Shown: positions 63,662 to 64,000 of the stretch, piece by piece
How positions within the stretch are numbered: the first letter of the stretch is position 1
Layout: every line of letters starts with the position of its first letter
Origin: Candidatus Eiseniibacteriota bacterium
GTDB lineage: Bacteria; Arandabacterota; Arandabacteria; Arandabacterales; Arandabacteraceae
DNA: 64,000 nucleotides
Direction of reading: 5' to 3'
Assembly: GCA_043810925.1 (NCBI GenBank)
Contig: JBDRNT010000069.1
Coordinates: 34,352 to 98,351 of the forward strand
The notes under the pieces: generated by a model
Database searches by the model: none
Told to the model about the DNA's origin: nothing
What the model saw: only the letters and a program-made list of their open reading frames with translations
Program-made: the position numbers and the translations under genes

Positions 63662-64000
63662 TTCCGGCCTCCGGCTACCAGTACCGCGACAACCACCAGC
63701 CCTACGGAGAATGCCGACATAACGATCTCCCCCGCACGGCCCCGTCCTCCCACCGCCCTGCCGTGCTTTATCAATCCTGAGTGGGTGGGAAAGACCTTGC
63801 TCCGCTCAGGGATGATACCGCATTTCCAGATCAGGTTCTCGAAATCCGGGGCGACGGCCCCGAGTGCTCCCAGGAAAACAGGCGAGAAGCCTGAAACCAG
63901 CAGGATTCCCCCCAGCAAAGCCAGTGTCAGTACAGCATCCACGCGAAAATCCTCGAAGTCGATATGAGGAACCGCGTCAAGAGGGATATGCGACACGAAA
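63658..64000 (-). CDS. Hypothetical membrane protein (possibly YdjM/DUF457-like), possibly truncated at the window edge.
   Basis: ORF reaching the window end, with hydrophobic segments. Its stop overlaps the PorU-like start by 4 nt. Confidence 0.3.
   Translation of the reverse strand, partial: FVSHIPLDAVPHIDFEDFRVDAVLTLALLGGILLVSGFSPVFLGALGAVAPDFENLIWKCGIIPERSKVFPTHSGLIKHGRAVGGRGRAGEIVMSAFSVGLVVVAVLVAGGRN

Overview
This is a high-GC (about 60%) bacterial chromosomal segment. It is densely packed with genes, almost all on the minus strand, and many gene junctions show 1-4 nt stop/start overlaps (ATGA/TTGA type). Most long plus-strand ORFs in the track are antisense shadows of minus-strand genes.

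Order on the minus strand, from high to low coordinate:
- (a) a type IX secretion (T9SS) block: a PorU-like C25 peptidase and a PorV-like outer-membrane (OM) protein, then an M6 (InhA-like) metalloprotease with FG-GAP repeats and a T9SS C-terminal sorting domain (CTD), two paralogous secreted proteins of unknown function, an NHL-repeat lipoprotein, a ~1,100-aa beta-rich OM/TamB-like protein and an Omp85/TamA-like transporter;
- (b) thiC, hutU and hutI;
- (c) TPR and PHP proteins, a TonB-dependent receptor coupled to a small ECF-S-like membrane protein behind a ~290-nt leader, a SagB-type nitroreductase lipoprotein, cvpA, manC and comEA;
- (d) a large Myxococcus-style type IVa pilus cluster (pilB-pilT-pilC-pilS-pilR-pilA, an ABC transporter plus membrane protein plus degenerate PAS kinase, pilM-N-O-P-Q), continued by a 1,040-aa multi-Ig (Big) domain surface protein and a secreted protein;
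- (e) housekeeping genes: rsmD, coaD, pta, a GlcD-like FAD oxidase, obg, dprA, a DUF362/Fe-S protein, an LpxL-family acyltransferase, a second M6-CTD protease and DUF3467 on the plus strand, split hldA/hldC, an FAD-linked oxidase, a cyclic-2,3-diphosphoglycerate-synthetase-like P-loop protein and the start of sucC.

T9SS sorting domains together with PorU/PorV in a high-GC genome suggest a non-Bacteroidia member of the FCB group (inference). No rRNA, tRNA, CRISPR or obvious mobile element was seen.
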